This document shows, one piece after another, positions 1-8,706 of a stretch of 59,675 nt of DNA. Below the pieces are notes generated by a model. That model did no database searches. It was not told the origin of the DNA and was given only the letters and a program-made list of their open reading frames with translations. Within the stretch, counting starts at the first letter, position 1; each line of letters begins with the position of its first letter. The DNA lies in assembly GCA_050248855.1 (NCBI GenBank), contig JBFWRP010000027.1, forward strand, positions 1 through 59,675, in the 5' to 3' direction. The position numbers and the translations under genes are program-made. The stretch is from Planctomycetota bacterium (GTDB lineage: Bacteria; Planctomycetota; PLA2; JAEUHO01).

Positions 1-121
1 CCCGCGCCGACCGAGCGAAGGGGCGTTCAAGCCGATTCACGTGCTTCGCCGAAGCTGGAATCCAGGAATCCGCGCCGCAGGACGGGGGTGGCGCCGTGTA
101 CGCGATCTGTGGCGCAGACTC

Positions 122-1288
122 CTAGGGGAGGTGAAAGGACTGTCCCTCGCGGATGGTGCGGACCAGGCGGCGGCCCCCCACTTCGTACTCGACGACGAGG
201 TCCTTGACGACTCCTTGGTGGGGATCTCCGCCCAGGTGGTTCGACGCCGAGGTGCGAAGCACTCCATCCTCGACGGCGCTCCGGAGTGCGTCAGTGACGT
301 CCACCATCTTCCCGTCGGCGCCGTAGAACGCGTGGTGCACGATCAGGGCCCGGCCGGCCTCGGCCTCGACCTGCGCGAGACGCGCGTCCACGGCCCAGCG
401 AACCCACGGGTCCGCATGGCCATCGGCTAGATCGGCAACCGAGTTCAGGAGCCTGTCGTTCGAGTCCTGCAGTTGATCATCCAAGTCAAGGATGTGACGG
501 GCGAGCTCTGGAGACACGGTTCGTGCATCCAAGGCGGCCTCGGCCAAGCGCACCCGGAGCGGAGCCTCCGCAGCCACCCAGAGCAGGCTGAACGTGCTCA
601 CGGAGAGATTCCCCTGCCGCGTCGCCTCCAGCGCCAGCCTACGGCCCTCGTCGCCGAAGCGACGGAGCACCGACAGCGCGGCGAACTGCATGAGCGTGTC
701 GGGACCTCGCGCGAGCCGGGCCACGTCGCCCCCGAGTCGCGCGCGTGCCTCGGCGTCCTCCGACGCAAAGACCAGCGCCGCAGCCGCATGGACGCCCAAG
801 GAAGGATCGCGCGCGATCTGCACGAGCTCGTCGATGCAAGGGGGACGCACCTTCAGCGCCCACCCCATTCCACGCCGCACGAGCTCCATGTCCCTGGATC
901 GCAGCCACGCCACGACCTCCTCCACGCTGGGCATGGGCCCCTTCGCGGCCGCGCGACACGACTCGCAGACGAGGCCGATCGCGCGCCCCCAGGCGGGCTG
1001 CCTGGGCTCGGCGCCCCACGGGAGCGGCACCAAGTCGAACACCGGGCCAGGATCTGGCTCCAGGGTGGACGGCGCTTCGGGCTCGGTAGCACGAAGCGAC
1101 TCCTCCGGAGCCACGGGCGGATCCGCCCTGCGTCCGGACACGAGGATGGGCGATCGGGCTTGGAGCTCGGGCTCGACGGCGGATGGCTCCAAGCGTGGCG
1201 CCGACCCCTCGTCACCCCAGAAGGCTTGCCCAAACGCGAGGGCACCAACGACCACCCCAAGGCTGAACCAAAGCACGCTTCGCCACAT
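122..1288 (-). CDS. Membrane-anchored/exported protein with helical HEAT-like middle and C-terminal DUF3395-like domain
   Basis: N-terminal hydrophobic helix and Pro-rich linker. C-terminal AFYG..VDVTDALR..GDPHQGVVKDLVVEY resembles DUF3395/SUEL-like domains. Confidence 0.6.
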   Translation of the reverse strand: MWRSVLWFSLGVVVGALAFGQAFWGDEGSAPRLEPSAVEPELQARSPILVSGRRADPPVAPEESLRATEPEAPSTLEPDPGPVFDLVPLPWGAEPRQPAWGRAIGLVCESCRAAAKGPMPSVEEVVAWLRSRDMELVRRGMGWALKVRPPCIDELVQIARDPSLGVHAAAALVFASEDAEARARLGGDVARLARGPDTLMQFAALSVLRRFGDEGRRLALEATRQGNLSVSTFSLLWVAAEAPLRVRLAEAALDARTVSPELARHILDLDDQLQDSNDRLLNSVADLADGHADPWVRWAVDARLAQVEAEAGRALIVHHAFYGADGKMVDVTDALRSAVEDGVLRTSASNHLGGDPHQGVVKDLVVEYEVGGRRLVRTIREGQSFHLP

Positions 1289-1442
1289 GTCCGGATCCTA
1301 GCGGCCCACGGGGGCTCGCGCTGGTCGGGCGGTGACGACGGCCTCACGCGACGGCTATCGTGCGAGGCGGCGGCGGGACCGCAGGAAGCTGGGGATCACC
1401 ACGTCGCCTGGACCGTCCTGCACGACGAGAGGGGCCTGTCCC

Positions 1443-2018
1443 GTGACACGCGCAGCGTTCGTGTGGATGGTCGTGGCGGCGGTGGTGGTGATCGTCATGG
1501 AGATGGGCCGAGCGCGGCTGGGAGAGAGCAGGCGCGGTCCACCGGACCTCTCCAGCGGCTACGAGGTCATGTGGCCATCCGGGCGCCTCGCCGACGACGG
1601 GTCGCTGATTCCCACGGACATATGGCACTTCGTGATGACAGCAGAGGGGAGGTTCAGGTACCGACACCTCGACGTGACTCGCGCCGACACCGAGTGGACG
1701 CAGGTCGAGGGCGCCTGGCATCCGGCGCAGGGAGACGACGAGCGCTGGACCCTGATCCCGGACCGCGGGAGAGATGCCCTCGAGCCCAACGAGTACGCGC
1801 CCGGCAGGTGGCCCCACGTGGAGTGGGAGACGTTCACGCTTACCGTCCCCGCGCTCGATCCCAAGACGGGGAGGCTGGGCCGGGCGTTCTCCGTTTGCGG
1901 CGATCCACGAAGGCCCGAGCCGGCCCAGATCCGGGCGATGGCGGAGCAGGCGCTTCGCGAGGCGGGTCGTTCCGTCGCGCCCCGCACCGACCGCGACGAG
2001 CCGCAGGCATCGAAGTAG
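1443..2018 (+). CDS. Hypothetical membrane-anchored protein
   Basis: GTG at 1443 after GAGAGGGG, N-terminal TM (AFVWMVVAAVVVIVM), aromatic beta-rich body. Start uncertain. Confidence 0.55.
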   Translation: MTRAAFVWMVVAAVVVIVMEMGRARLGESRRGPPDLSSGYEVMWPSGRLADDGSLIPTDIWHFVMTAEGRFRYRHLDVTRADTEWTQVEGAWHPAQGDDERWTLIPDRGRDALEPNEYAPGRWPHVEWETFTLTVPALDPKTGRLGRAFSVCGDPRRPEPAQIRAMAEQALREAGRSVAPRTDRDEPQASK

Positions 2019-2148
2019 ACGCTGCCGACCAGTGACCCTCTGGCGCCATCCGCTGATCCCCGCGCAGCCGCAGCTACTCGGCATCAGCCCAGGGCGCTTC
2101 GATGCACGTATGCTGACGCCATCGCGCTCGCCGTTGACGGGAGGGACC

Positions 2149-2559
2149 ATGGCACGTGCAGCGATCCCTTGCTTGCGCTACCAGGACGCACACGCCGCGA
2201 TCGACTGGCTGTGCGAGGCCTTCGGCTTCAAGAAGCACCTGGTTGTCCCCGCCGAGGACGGCGGCGTGGCACATGCCCAGCTCGTGCGCGGGAAGACGAT
2301 GGTGATGCTGGGGTCAGCGCGCGACGACGAGTTCGGCGCGCTCTGTGCCTTGGTGCACGACGCTGGCGGCTCGACCCAGAGCACCTACTTCGTGGTGGAT
2401 GCCATCGATGATCACTACCGCCAGGCCGTGGCGGCCGGTGCCGAGATCGTCATGGGCATCCGGGACGAGGACTACGGCGGTCGCGGCTACTCCGCCAAGG
2501 ACCCCGAAGGCAACCTGTGGAACTTCGGGTCGTACGACCCGTGGGCGGATCCGGCGTAG
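2149..2559 (+). CDS. VOC/glyoxalase (PhnB-like) family protein
   Basis: IPCLRYQDAHAAIDWLCEAFGF..HAQL..YGGRGYSAKDPEGNLWNFG; RBS GGAGGG before ATG 2149. Confidence 0.9.
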   Translation: MARAAIPCLRYQDAHAAIDWLCEAFGFKKHLVVPAEDGGVAHAQLVRGKTMVMLGSARDDEFGALCALVHDAGGSTQSTYFVVDAIDDHYRQAVAAGAEIVMGIRDEDYGGRGYSAKDPEGNLWNFGSYDPWADPA

Positions 2560-2593
2560 GCGGTGCCCGTGTAGCGGGGTCCTGGGTGCATCC

Positions 2594-3112
2594 ATGAAGA
2601 CCGCGACCCTCTGGCAGGCCGTGACGGGGGACCGATCGGACCTCCTTGGCCAGATCGTCAAGCTGCTGGCGGACTTGCGGATCCGGTACTGCGTGATTGG
2701 CGCTCACGCCATCAATGCCTACGCCAAGCCCTTGATCGGCCGCGAGCTGGGCTTGGTCGTTGGTGCGCACCACGTCGAGGTGTTCCGGCCAGCCCTGGGA
2801 GGGTTCAACGTCGAGCACTCCCCCCACTCCATCCACATCGCGCAGGAAGGGTCGGACCTCCGGGTGCAGATCCAGACGGATCCGCGCTACGCAGAGTTCG
2901 TGGGCCGCGCGCGGCCACTTGATGTACTCGGCACCACCTTGATGGTGGCAAGCGTCGAGGACTTGTTGCAAGGCAAGGTCTGGGCGGCCATGGACACGTC
3001 GCGCCGCCCAAGCAAGCGCCAGAAGGACCTGGCCGACATCTCGCGTCTGTTGGACCTCTACCCCCAGCTTCGCGAGCGCGTGCCCGGCGAGTTGCTCGAT
3101 CGACTCCTGTAG
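2594..3112 (+). CDS. Nucleotidyltransferase-fold (AbiEii-like) protein with degenerate catalytic motif
   Basis: YCVIGAHAINAY..P, VASVEDLLQGK and KRQKDLADI motifs; the expected DxD is absent (RELGL). Confidence 0.7.
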   Translation: MKTATLWQAVTGDRSDLLGQIVKLLADLRIRYCVIGAHAINAYAKPLIGRELGLVVGAHHVEVFRPALGGFNVEHSPHSIHIAQEGSDLRVQIQTDPRYAEFVGRARPLDVLGTTLMVASVEDLLQGKVWAAMDTSRRPSKRQKDLADISRLLDLYPQLRERVPGELLDRLL

Positions 3113-3585
3113 GGGCGCGCGGGGGAAACCAGATACCGAGCGGATACCGAGTGCGGGAAAATCTGATGAATGATCGAGTCGGGGCCAGCACGACCGTACG
3201 ATCGCAGCTCACCGCCGGGCGTACTCGACGTCCAAGGCCATGAGCTCGCCGTGCTGGCTGCACCGCGTCGGGCCACGGCCCTGCGGCAGGGCGATGGACT
3301 GGAAGGTCATCGCCGCCCCGTTGTGTAGCAGCCCCACATCCGCAATGGCGTATGCGGAGACGCGATGCTTCGCGGGGCAGCATGTCCACGTAGGCTCCCA
3401 CCGGCGCGCTGCGGCCGCCGTCTCCAAGACCGTGGTGACGTCTGCGTAAGACGGAGCGGGCGTCGTCGGGCCTGCGAGGGCCGCGACGGATCGCTGTCGC
3501 TGTCCCATGGGATCCCCTGGCGGCCTGATCTCCCTAGCGGGGGACTGCGAGTGGGTCACGCGAGTTCATGGGACTTGCCCGCACT

Positions 3586-3642
3586 CGGTACGCCCGGTAC
3601 GCCGGTACGCCCTCGGTACGCCCGGTACGCTCCTCGGTACGC
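3586..3642. repeat. Six copies of CGGTACGC with 0-4 nt spacers
   Basis: Copies at 3586, 3595, 3603, 3614, 3623 and 3635, read directly. Confidence 0.95.
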
Positions 3643-3661
3643 TCTCGGACTTGGCTTCGCG

Positions 3662-3919
3662 CTACCCTTCAGTAGGGACCCGATCCCAGATCAGGAGGTC
3701 TGGGCAAATGTCGGCGCCGGACGGCCAAACCAGGCATCCAAACTCCGCATCAACCGCCACCTGCGCGAACAGCGCATCGTTCTCGCGGATCGGCGAGAGG
3801 GCGCCACCCACGAGCAGAGGCGCCAAGTCTACGACGCGCGTTCGCCCATCCGTGAGCTTGAGCTCGACGATCCGGTCGCGTAGCACGCGGACGGAAGCGA
3901 TGCGCAGGAGAGAACTCAT
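3662..3919 (-). CDS. DUF2442 family protein, putative antitoxin
   Basis: SVRVLRDRIVELKLTDGRTRVVDL..FAQVAVDAEFGCLVWPSGADICPD; follows a DUF4160 gene. Confidence 0.85.
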   Translation of the reverse strand: MSSLLRIASVRVLRDRIVELKLTDGRTRVVDLAPLLVGGALSPIRENDALFAQVAVDAEFGCLVWPSGADICPDLLIWDRVPTEG

Positions 3920-3929
3920 GACGTGGATG

Positions 3930-4190
3930 CTACTCCAACGGCGCGATCGGGCGCAGGGGCTCGCCCGCACGGGCCAAGCGCCAGTCCTCTGCAAGCTCTT
4001 GGCCGTGCAAGGCAGCCCACTCGATGAGCATTCGGTAGGCGCGCAGGGGTAGCCCTCCCCCCAGCACGCGTAGGCCGTCAATCTGGACCACGACCTCATG
4101 CTCGCCGTACCGGGCGTGGAAGTGAGGCGGGGCATGGTCCCGGTAGTACATGCGGACGACAATGCCGAAGAACCGACTGATGACGGGCAT
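3930..4190 (-). CDS. DUF4160 family protein, putative HicA-like toxin
   Basis: MPVISRFFGIVVRMYYRDHAPPHFHARY..EWAALH..W; RBS GGAGG. Confidence 0.9.
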   Translation of the reverse strand: MPVISRFFGIVVRMYYRDHAPPHFHARYGEHEVVVQIDGLRVLGGGLPLRAYRMLIEWAALHGQELAEDWRLARAGEPLRPIAPLE

Positions 4191-4419
4191 CGCCGCCTCC
4201 CCCGCGACCTCGCGGAAGACGGTCAGTCGGTCACAGGCTGCCCGCGTGGGTTCCTTCGCCAGAGGGAACCCGCCTCATGGTCGGGGGTGCCGGACGGGCC
4301 CCGGCCGCGAAGGCGTCAGCCTGGGCGCCGAGTCCGCGCGAGAGCGCGGGCCGAGTTACGTACCGCTGGTTTGAATCCCGAGGACGGCTAGTCCCCCGGC
4401 AAGCCGCGGCGTCGATAAC

Positions 4420-4448
4420 TGGTGGGGGCGATTGGATTCGAACCAGCG
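4420..4448 (-). repeat. Duplicated tRNA-Pro 3' end (att-like)
   Basis: 27/29 identical to 4699-4727, including the CCA end. Confidence 0.9.
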
Positions 4449-4492
4449 CCACCCTCCGCTTCGCTCCGGGGGCGTAGCGCGATCGTGCCCTC

Positions 4493-4516
4493 AGGGGGAG
4501 TCATGTGACTCCCCCT
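4493..4516. repeat. Perfect 11-bp inverted repeat
   Basis: AGGGGGAGTCA-TG-TGACTCCCCCT. Confidence 0.9.
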
Positions 4517-4698
4517 ACGCGCCGCGCTGCGCTAACGCGCAGACGCTTCGCTACCCCCTCACCCGGTCGCTGGTTCAGCGGCTCTCCATACGAGAGCGAG
4601 TCCCCGGGCAGCGCACCCTGTGACGCGGCCCCGTTCCATCCCTCAGCAACGTCCGCTCACCCTTCAGCGGGGCCCTGGGGCGCAGCCCCAGCAGTAAA

Positions 4699-4775
4699 TG
4701 GTCGGGGCGACTGGATTCGAACCAGCGACCTCCTGCTCCCGAAGCAGGCGCGCTACCAAGCTGCGCTACGCCCCG
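4699..4775 (-). tRNA. tRNA-Pro (anticodon CGG)
   Basis: Reverse complement CGGGGCGTAGCGCAGCTTGGTAGCGCGCCTGCTTCGGGAGCAGGAGGTCGCTGGTTCGAATCCAGTCGCCCCGACCA folds as a cloverleaf; anticodon loop TTCGGGA; encoded CCA. Confidence 0.98.
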
Positions 4776-4850
4776 ATGTCGGCGGGCGGGGAGGGTACAC
4801 CGGCCGCCCTGGAGGTCGGACGGATTGGCGGGGTGGCAGGGGGACGGCCC

Positions 4851-5153
4851 CTAGCCCACCGAGGGGGTGCCGTCGTCCTCGTCCGGGTTCTCCTCGTCCA
4901 GGTCGTCGGGGATGGACGCGGGGGTGGCGAGGATCTCCTCGGCCCGGGCCCGGTCGGCCTCGGGGACGAAGACGCGGATCAGGCCCTCCCCCATCACACG
5001 TTGGACGGCAGCCCATTCGTCTTGCAGCGAGTCCCGGGTGTCGAGGCGCGCGTCGATGCCTTCGCTGACGAGCCGCCCGACCAGGAGCTCGCCCTCGAAG
5101 GCGGTGGGGACCCTGCGGATCTCGACGAAACGGCCTTCGTGGCGTTCGGGCAT
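4851..5153 (-). CDS. DUF2007 family putative signal-transducing protein
   Basis: AFEGELLVGRLVSEGIDA..IRVFVPEADRARAEEIL with acidic tail; RBS GGAGGTG. Confidence 0.8.
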   Translation of the reverse strand: MPERHEGRFVEIRRVPTAFEGELLVGRLVSEGIDARLDTRDSLQDEWAAVQRVMGEGLIRVFVPEADRARAEEILATPASIPDDLDEENPDEDDGTPSVG

Positions 5154-5310
5154 GGGTCACCTCCGCTCGCACCGCGGCGTCAGCCATCCGTTCGGTCCCG
5201 TGGCGGTCCGCGGGGGGCCGACGGCCCGGACGGACGGGGGGATCCGGGCTCACGTCCCTAGCATGGACCGCCCGACGGCGGGATGCCCCTGATTCCGCCC
5301 AGGAGCCTCC

Positions 5311-6198
5311 ATGCGCATCTTCGAGCCCCACGCCCACATGTTCAGCCGCGTCACGGACGACTACGAGCGCATGGCGCTCTGCGGCGTCCGGGCGGTGTTG
5401 GAGCCGGCGTTCTGGTTGGGCCAGAACCGCACCTCGGTGGGCACCTTCGTCGACTACTTCGACACGCTGCTGGGGTGGGAACGCTTCCGGGCCCAGCAGT
5501 TCGGCATCCACCACTTCTGCACGATGGCCCTCAACCCGCGCGAAGCCAACGACGACCGCGTCAACGCCGACGTCCTCGCGATCCTGCCCCGCTACCTCGA
5601 AAAGGACAGCGTGCTCGGGGTGGGCGAGATCGGGCTCGACGACCAGACGCCGAAGGAAGAGAAGTTCTTCGCCGAGCAGGTGCAGCTGGCCATCCGCCAC
5701 GACCTGCCCGTCCTCGTCCACACGCCCCACCGCGACAAGAAGAAGGGCTTCGAGCGCTGCATCGACATCTTGAAGGAAAGCGGCCTCCCCATGGAGCGCG
5801 TGCTGCTGGACCACGGCAACGAGATCACGATCAAGCTCACGCGTGACCTCGGCTGCTACTCGGGCTTCTCCATCTACCCCAACACCAAGATGGACCCGCT
5901 CCGGATGACGAAGATCGTCGTCGAGTACGGCGTGGACCGCATGATCATCAACAGCGCATGCGACTGGGGCGTCAGCGACCCGCTCATGATCCCGCGAACG
6001 ATCGTCAAGCTGCAGCAGGCGCGCGTGTCCGACGCCGACATCGAGCAGCTGGTCTGGAAGAACCCCATCGCGTTCTTCGCCCAGAGCGGCCGTCTGCAGG
6101 AGAGCGACCTCGCCTGGCCCGCGTCGGCAGACCTGCGCGAGACGTTCGAGGGCAACAGCGTGTTGCGCGGCCAGGACCCCGCCGCGCTCCAGCCGTGA
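5311..6198 (+). CDS. eboB: TatD-family metallohydrolase, EboB-like
   Basis: HAH, EPAFWLGQNRTSVGTFVDYFDTLLGWERFRA, GEIGLD, HTPH and DH motifs; RBS AGGAG. Confidence 0.85.
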   Translation: MRIFEPHAHMFSRVTDDYERMALCGVRAVLEPAFWLGQNRTSVGTFVDYFDTLLGWERFRAQQFGIHHFCTMALNPREANDDRVNADVLAILPRYLEKDSVLGVGEIGLDDQTPKEEKFFAEQVQLAIRHDLPVLVHTPHRDKKKGFERCIDILKESGLPMERVLLDHGNEITIKLTRDLGCYSGFSIYPNTKMDPLRMTKIVVEYGVDRMIINSACDWGVSDPLMIPRTIVKLQQARVSDADIEQLVWKNPIAFFAQSGRLQESDLAWPASADLRETFEGNSVLRGQDPAALQP

Positions 6199-6989
6199 GC
6201 GACCCCGTCCCGGACCTCACGAGCCACCTCGAGGCTCTCCTTCCCGAGGCGGCGAAGGCCTGGTGGAGCCAGGCTCTTGCCCGTGCGCGCGACGAGGGAC
6301 CCGACGCCCTGCCGGAGATCTTCCCGGCCTTGCGCCGCCGCATGGGCACCACCGGTTTGTGCGCGGGGATGTTCGAACACGCCCCCTACCTCGTGGACCT
6401 GGATGCTTGGCGGACGTGCGATGCAGCAGGCCACGCCTTGCTGGGAGCCGCGGGAGCCCACGACGGACCCGCCACGAACCTCTTCCTGCGGGGCGATCTC
6501 GAGGAACGCACCATCGTGCTCAAGGCGATGACGCTCCGGCCCATCAGCCCCGACACGATCGCGCTCTTGGGCGAGGTGCAGCGCACGAACACCGTGCGAC
6601 ATGTCGAGGCCGGCGTGCTCGACGCCAACGTGGTCGTGCGTGCGCTGGAAGCCGGTGGGCCCATGACGGGCTTCTCGCAGGACGACCTGCACCGCCTCGT
6701 CCTCAAGCTCGCCTTCTTGGACCTGCCCGTGGCCCGCGCGTACGGCGTGCTCGACCACGCGACGCCCGAGCTGTCGCAGATGCTCGAGGACTTCGCACAG
6801 GAGCGCGAGGCCGCCGGGCGCCCGGTGTGGCCCGACACGTGGCGGTTCCTGGGTCGGGCCCCCATCGCGACTACCCGCGAGCGCCTGCTGCAAGGCCTCC
6901 GCCACGAACGGCCCGAGGTCCGCGCGGCGGCCCGCGACGGGGTGGAAGCGCTGGGCGACGCCGAGCTGCTGAAGCTGCTCGACGCGTAG
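6195..6989 (+). CDS. eboA: EboA-domain protein
   Basis: GTGA overlap with the eboB stop; GDLEER, RTN, LVLKLAF and ELSQMLEDFAQEREAAGRPVW match the EboA pattern. Confidence 0.7.
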   Translation: MSDPVPDLTSHLEALLPEAAKAWWSQALARARDEGPDALPEIFPALRRRMGTTGLCAGMFEHAPYLVDLDAWRTCDAAGHALLGAAGAHDGPATNLFLRGDLEERTIVLKAMTLRPISPDTIALLGEVQRTNTVRHVEAGVLDANVVVRALEAGGPMTGFSQDDLHRLVLKLAFLDLPVARAYGVLDHATPELSQMLEDFAQEREAAGRPVWPDTWRFLGRAPIATTRERLLQGLRHERPEVRAAARDGVEALGDAELLKLLDA

Positions 6990-6999
6990 GTGCGTCGGC

Positions 7000-8706
7000 T
7001 CAGACCGGCGGTTCGGTACCGGGTGCCTGCCCTGCCTTCGGCCACGCCTTGGGCCACTCGCGGATGTTGAGGTCGCGTTGGGGGAACGGGATCTCGATCC
7101 CGGCCCGCTGGAACGCGCTGAACACGGCGCGGTGCAGGTCGCTCGAGATGGCGAAGCGATCCGACGAAGCCCCGGTCCAGCAACGCAGCACCCAGTCCAC
7201 GGACGACTCGCCGAATCCCATGAGGCGGGCGTGCGGTTCGGGATCCTGCAAGATGCGGCCGTCGCGGCGTGCGACGTCGAGCAGCGTCTCCGCGACCACG
7301 CGCATGTCGCTGCCGTAGCCCACACCCACGTTGACGACGATGCGGGCCGTCGGCATGTCGTAGGAGAGGTTGGTGAGGCGCTCGCCGATCATCTCGCGGT
7401 TGGGGATGGTGACGGTGGTCTGGTCCAGCGTGCGGATCTTGGTGCCGCGCAGACGGATCGCCTCGACGGTGCCCGACGTACCGCCCACTTCCACCGTGTC
7501 GCCGATCCGCACCGGTCGCTCCAGCAGCATGATCAGACCGCTGAAGAAGTTGGCGAAGATGTCCTGCAGGCCGAACGCCAAGCCCACGCCGAAGGCGCCG
7601 GCGAAGACGGCCAGGGCCGACGTGTCGATGCCCAGGACCTCGAGCAACATCATCGCGGTCACGACCCAGATGACGTACCGGAGGATCGTCAGGACCGCGT
7701 AGCGGATGCCCGCGTCGAGGTCGATGCGCGGGAAGACGAGGAAGATCAGCAGGTTCCTCACGAGCGCACCGATCAGGATGACCGACGCCACGCCCACGAA
7801 CCCGCCGAACAGCCCGCCCCACGTCGGTCCGCTGCCGAAGAGGCTCGTGGTCGCAAGTTGTGCCACGCCTTCGCCGGTCGGGTCCCAGGCACGGCGGAGG
7901 ATCCAGATCGCGGCGATCCAGCCACCCACCTTGAGCGCCGCGAACAGGATGCGCTCGATGCCGACGAACGCCGGGGAGGGCCCGGTCTCCGCCTCGCCAC
8001 GCTCCTCGGCGGCCTCGGCCTGCATGAGGTGAAGCGCGCGTCCCAGTCGGCGGTTGACGAAGCGCACGGCCAACACGACGCCGGCGATTCCCAGCACCGA
8101 CAGGCCCGTGCTGACCGCGACCCAGCGCGCCAGGCCCAGGTAGCCCAACCCGCGCGCAACCACGTGGAAGAGCGCCAGCGCGATGCCCGCGGGCCACACG
8201 ATGCGCACGAAGAGGTGGCGCAGCAGACCTGGCCACGTGTCCTTCGTCGGGGGACGGATGCGACGGATCACGCCGAGGCGGGCCACGAGTGCGGCGCCGA
8301 CCAGGACGAGGCCTGCGTTGCGCGCGACCTCGAACAAGCGCGCCGCGGCGGGGCTCCACTCGTTGGCGTGGATCAGCCAGATCGCCAGCTCCGTCGCGAG
8401 CACGACGAACGCCAGACCCTTCAGGATGTTGCTGATGCGCTCCGCACGGCTGTCGCCGATCTTGACCAAGCGCAAGCCGGGACGGACCGGCGACAAGACC
8501 TCCTTGCTGAGGGCGACGACAAGGGCGTAGGCCAGCACGAACCAGGAGGCGCGGCGGGCCTGCGCCGCGAGGGCATCGCTTGCTCCGAGCCAGCCGGGCA
8601 CCACGTGCAGGCACAGCACGATGGCCAGGGGAGTCAGGAGCCGCCAGAGCACGCGGACGAGGCGTACCCCGGGGACCAACGGTGCGGAGGTGAACACGGC
8701 GTTCAT
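7000..8706 (-). CDS. MscS-family mechanosensitive channel with extra N-terminal TM helices
   Basis: GAFGVGLAFGLQDIFANFFSGLIMLLERPVRIGD, IPN and IEIPFPQRDL; ATGA overlap with the upstream ORF. Confidence 0.92.
   Translation of the reverse strand: MNAVFTSAPLVPGVRLVRVLWRLLTPLAIVLCLHVVPGWLGASDALAAQARRASWFVLAYALVVALSKEVLSPVRPGLRLVKIGDSRAERISNILKGLAFVVLATELAIWLIHANEWSPAAARLFEVARNAGLVLVGAALVARLGVIRRIRPPTKDTWPGLLRHLFVRIVWPAGIALALFHVVARGLGYLGLARWVAVSTGLSVLGIAGVVLAVRFVNRRLGRALHLMQAEAAEERGEAETGPSPAFVGIERILFAALKVGGWIAAIWILRRAWDPTGEGVAQLATTSLFGSGPTWGGLFGGFVGVASVILIGALVRNLLIFLVFPRIDLDAGIRYAVLTILRYVIWVVTAMMLLEVLGIDTSALAVFAGAFGVGLAFGLQDIFANFFSGLIMLLERPVRIGDTVEVGGTSGTVEAIRLRGTKIRTLDQTTVTIPNREMIGERLTNLSYDMPTARIVVNVGVGYGSDMRVVAETLLDVARRDGRILQDPEPHARLMGFGESSVDWVLRCWTGASSDRFAISSDLHRAVFSAFQRAGIEIPFPQRDLNIREWPKAWPKAGQAPGTEPPV

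Noticed and set aside
3586..3642. Repeat cluster as a CRISPR array
   Set aside because: 8-bp units with 0-4 nt spacers and no cas genes.
4420..4580. Second intact or intron-split tRNA
   Set aside because: Only fragments in mixed orientation; no D or anticodon arms can be assembled.
1..4700. Prophage or complete integrative element
   Set aside because: No integrase, transposase or phage genes in the window; only att-like remnants.
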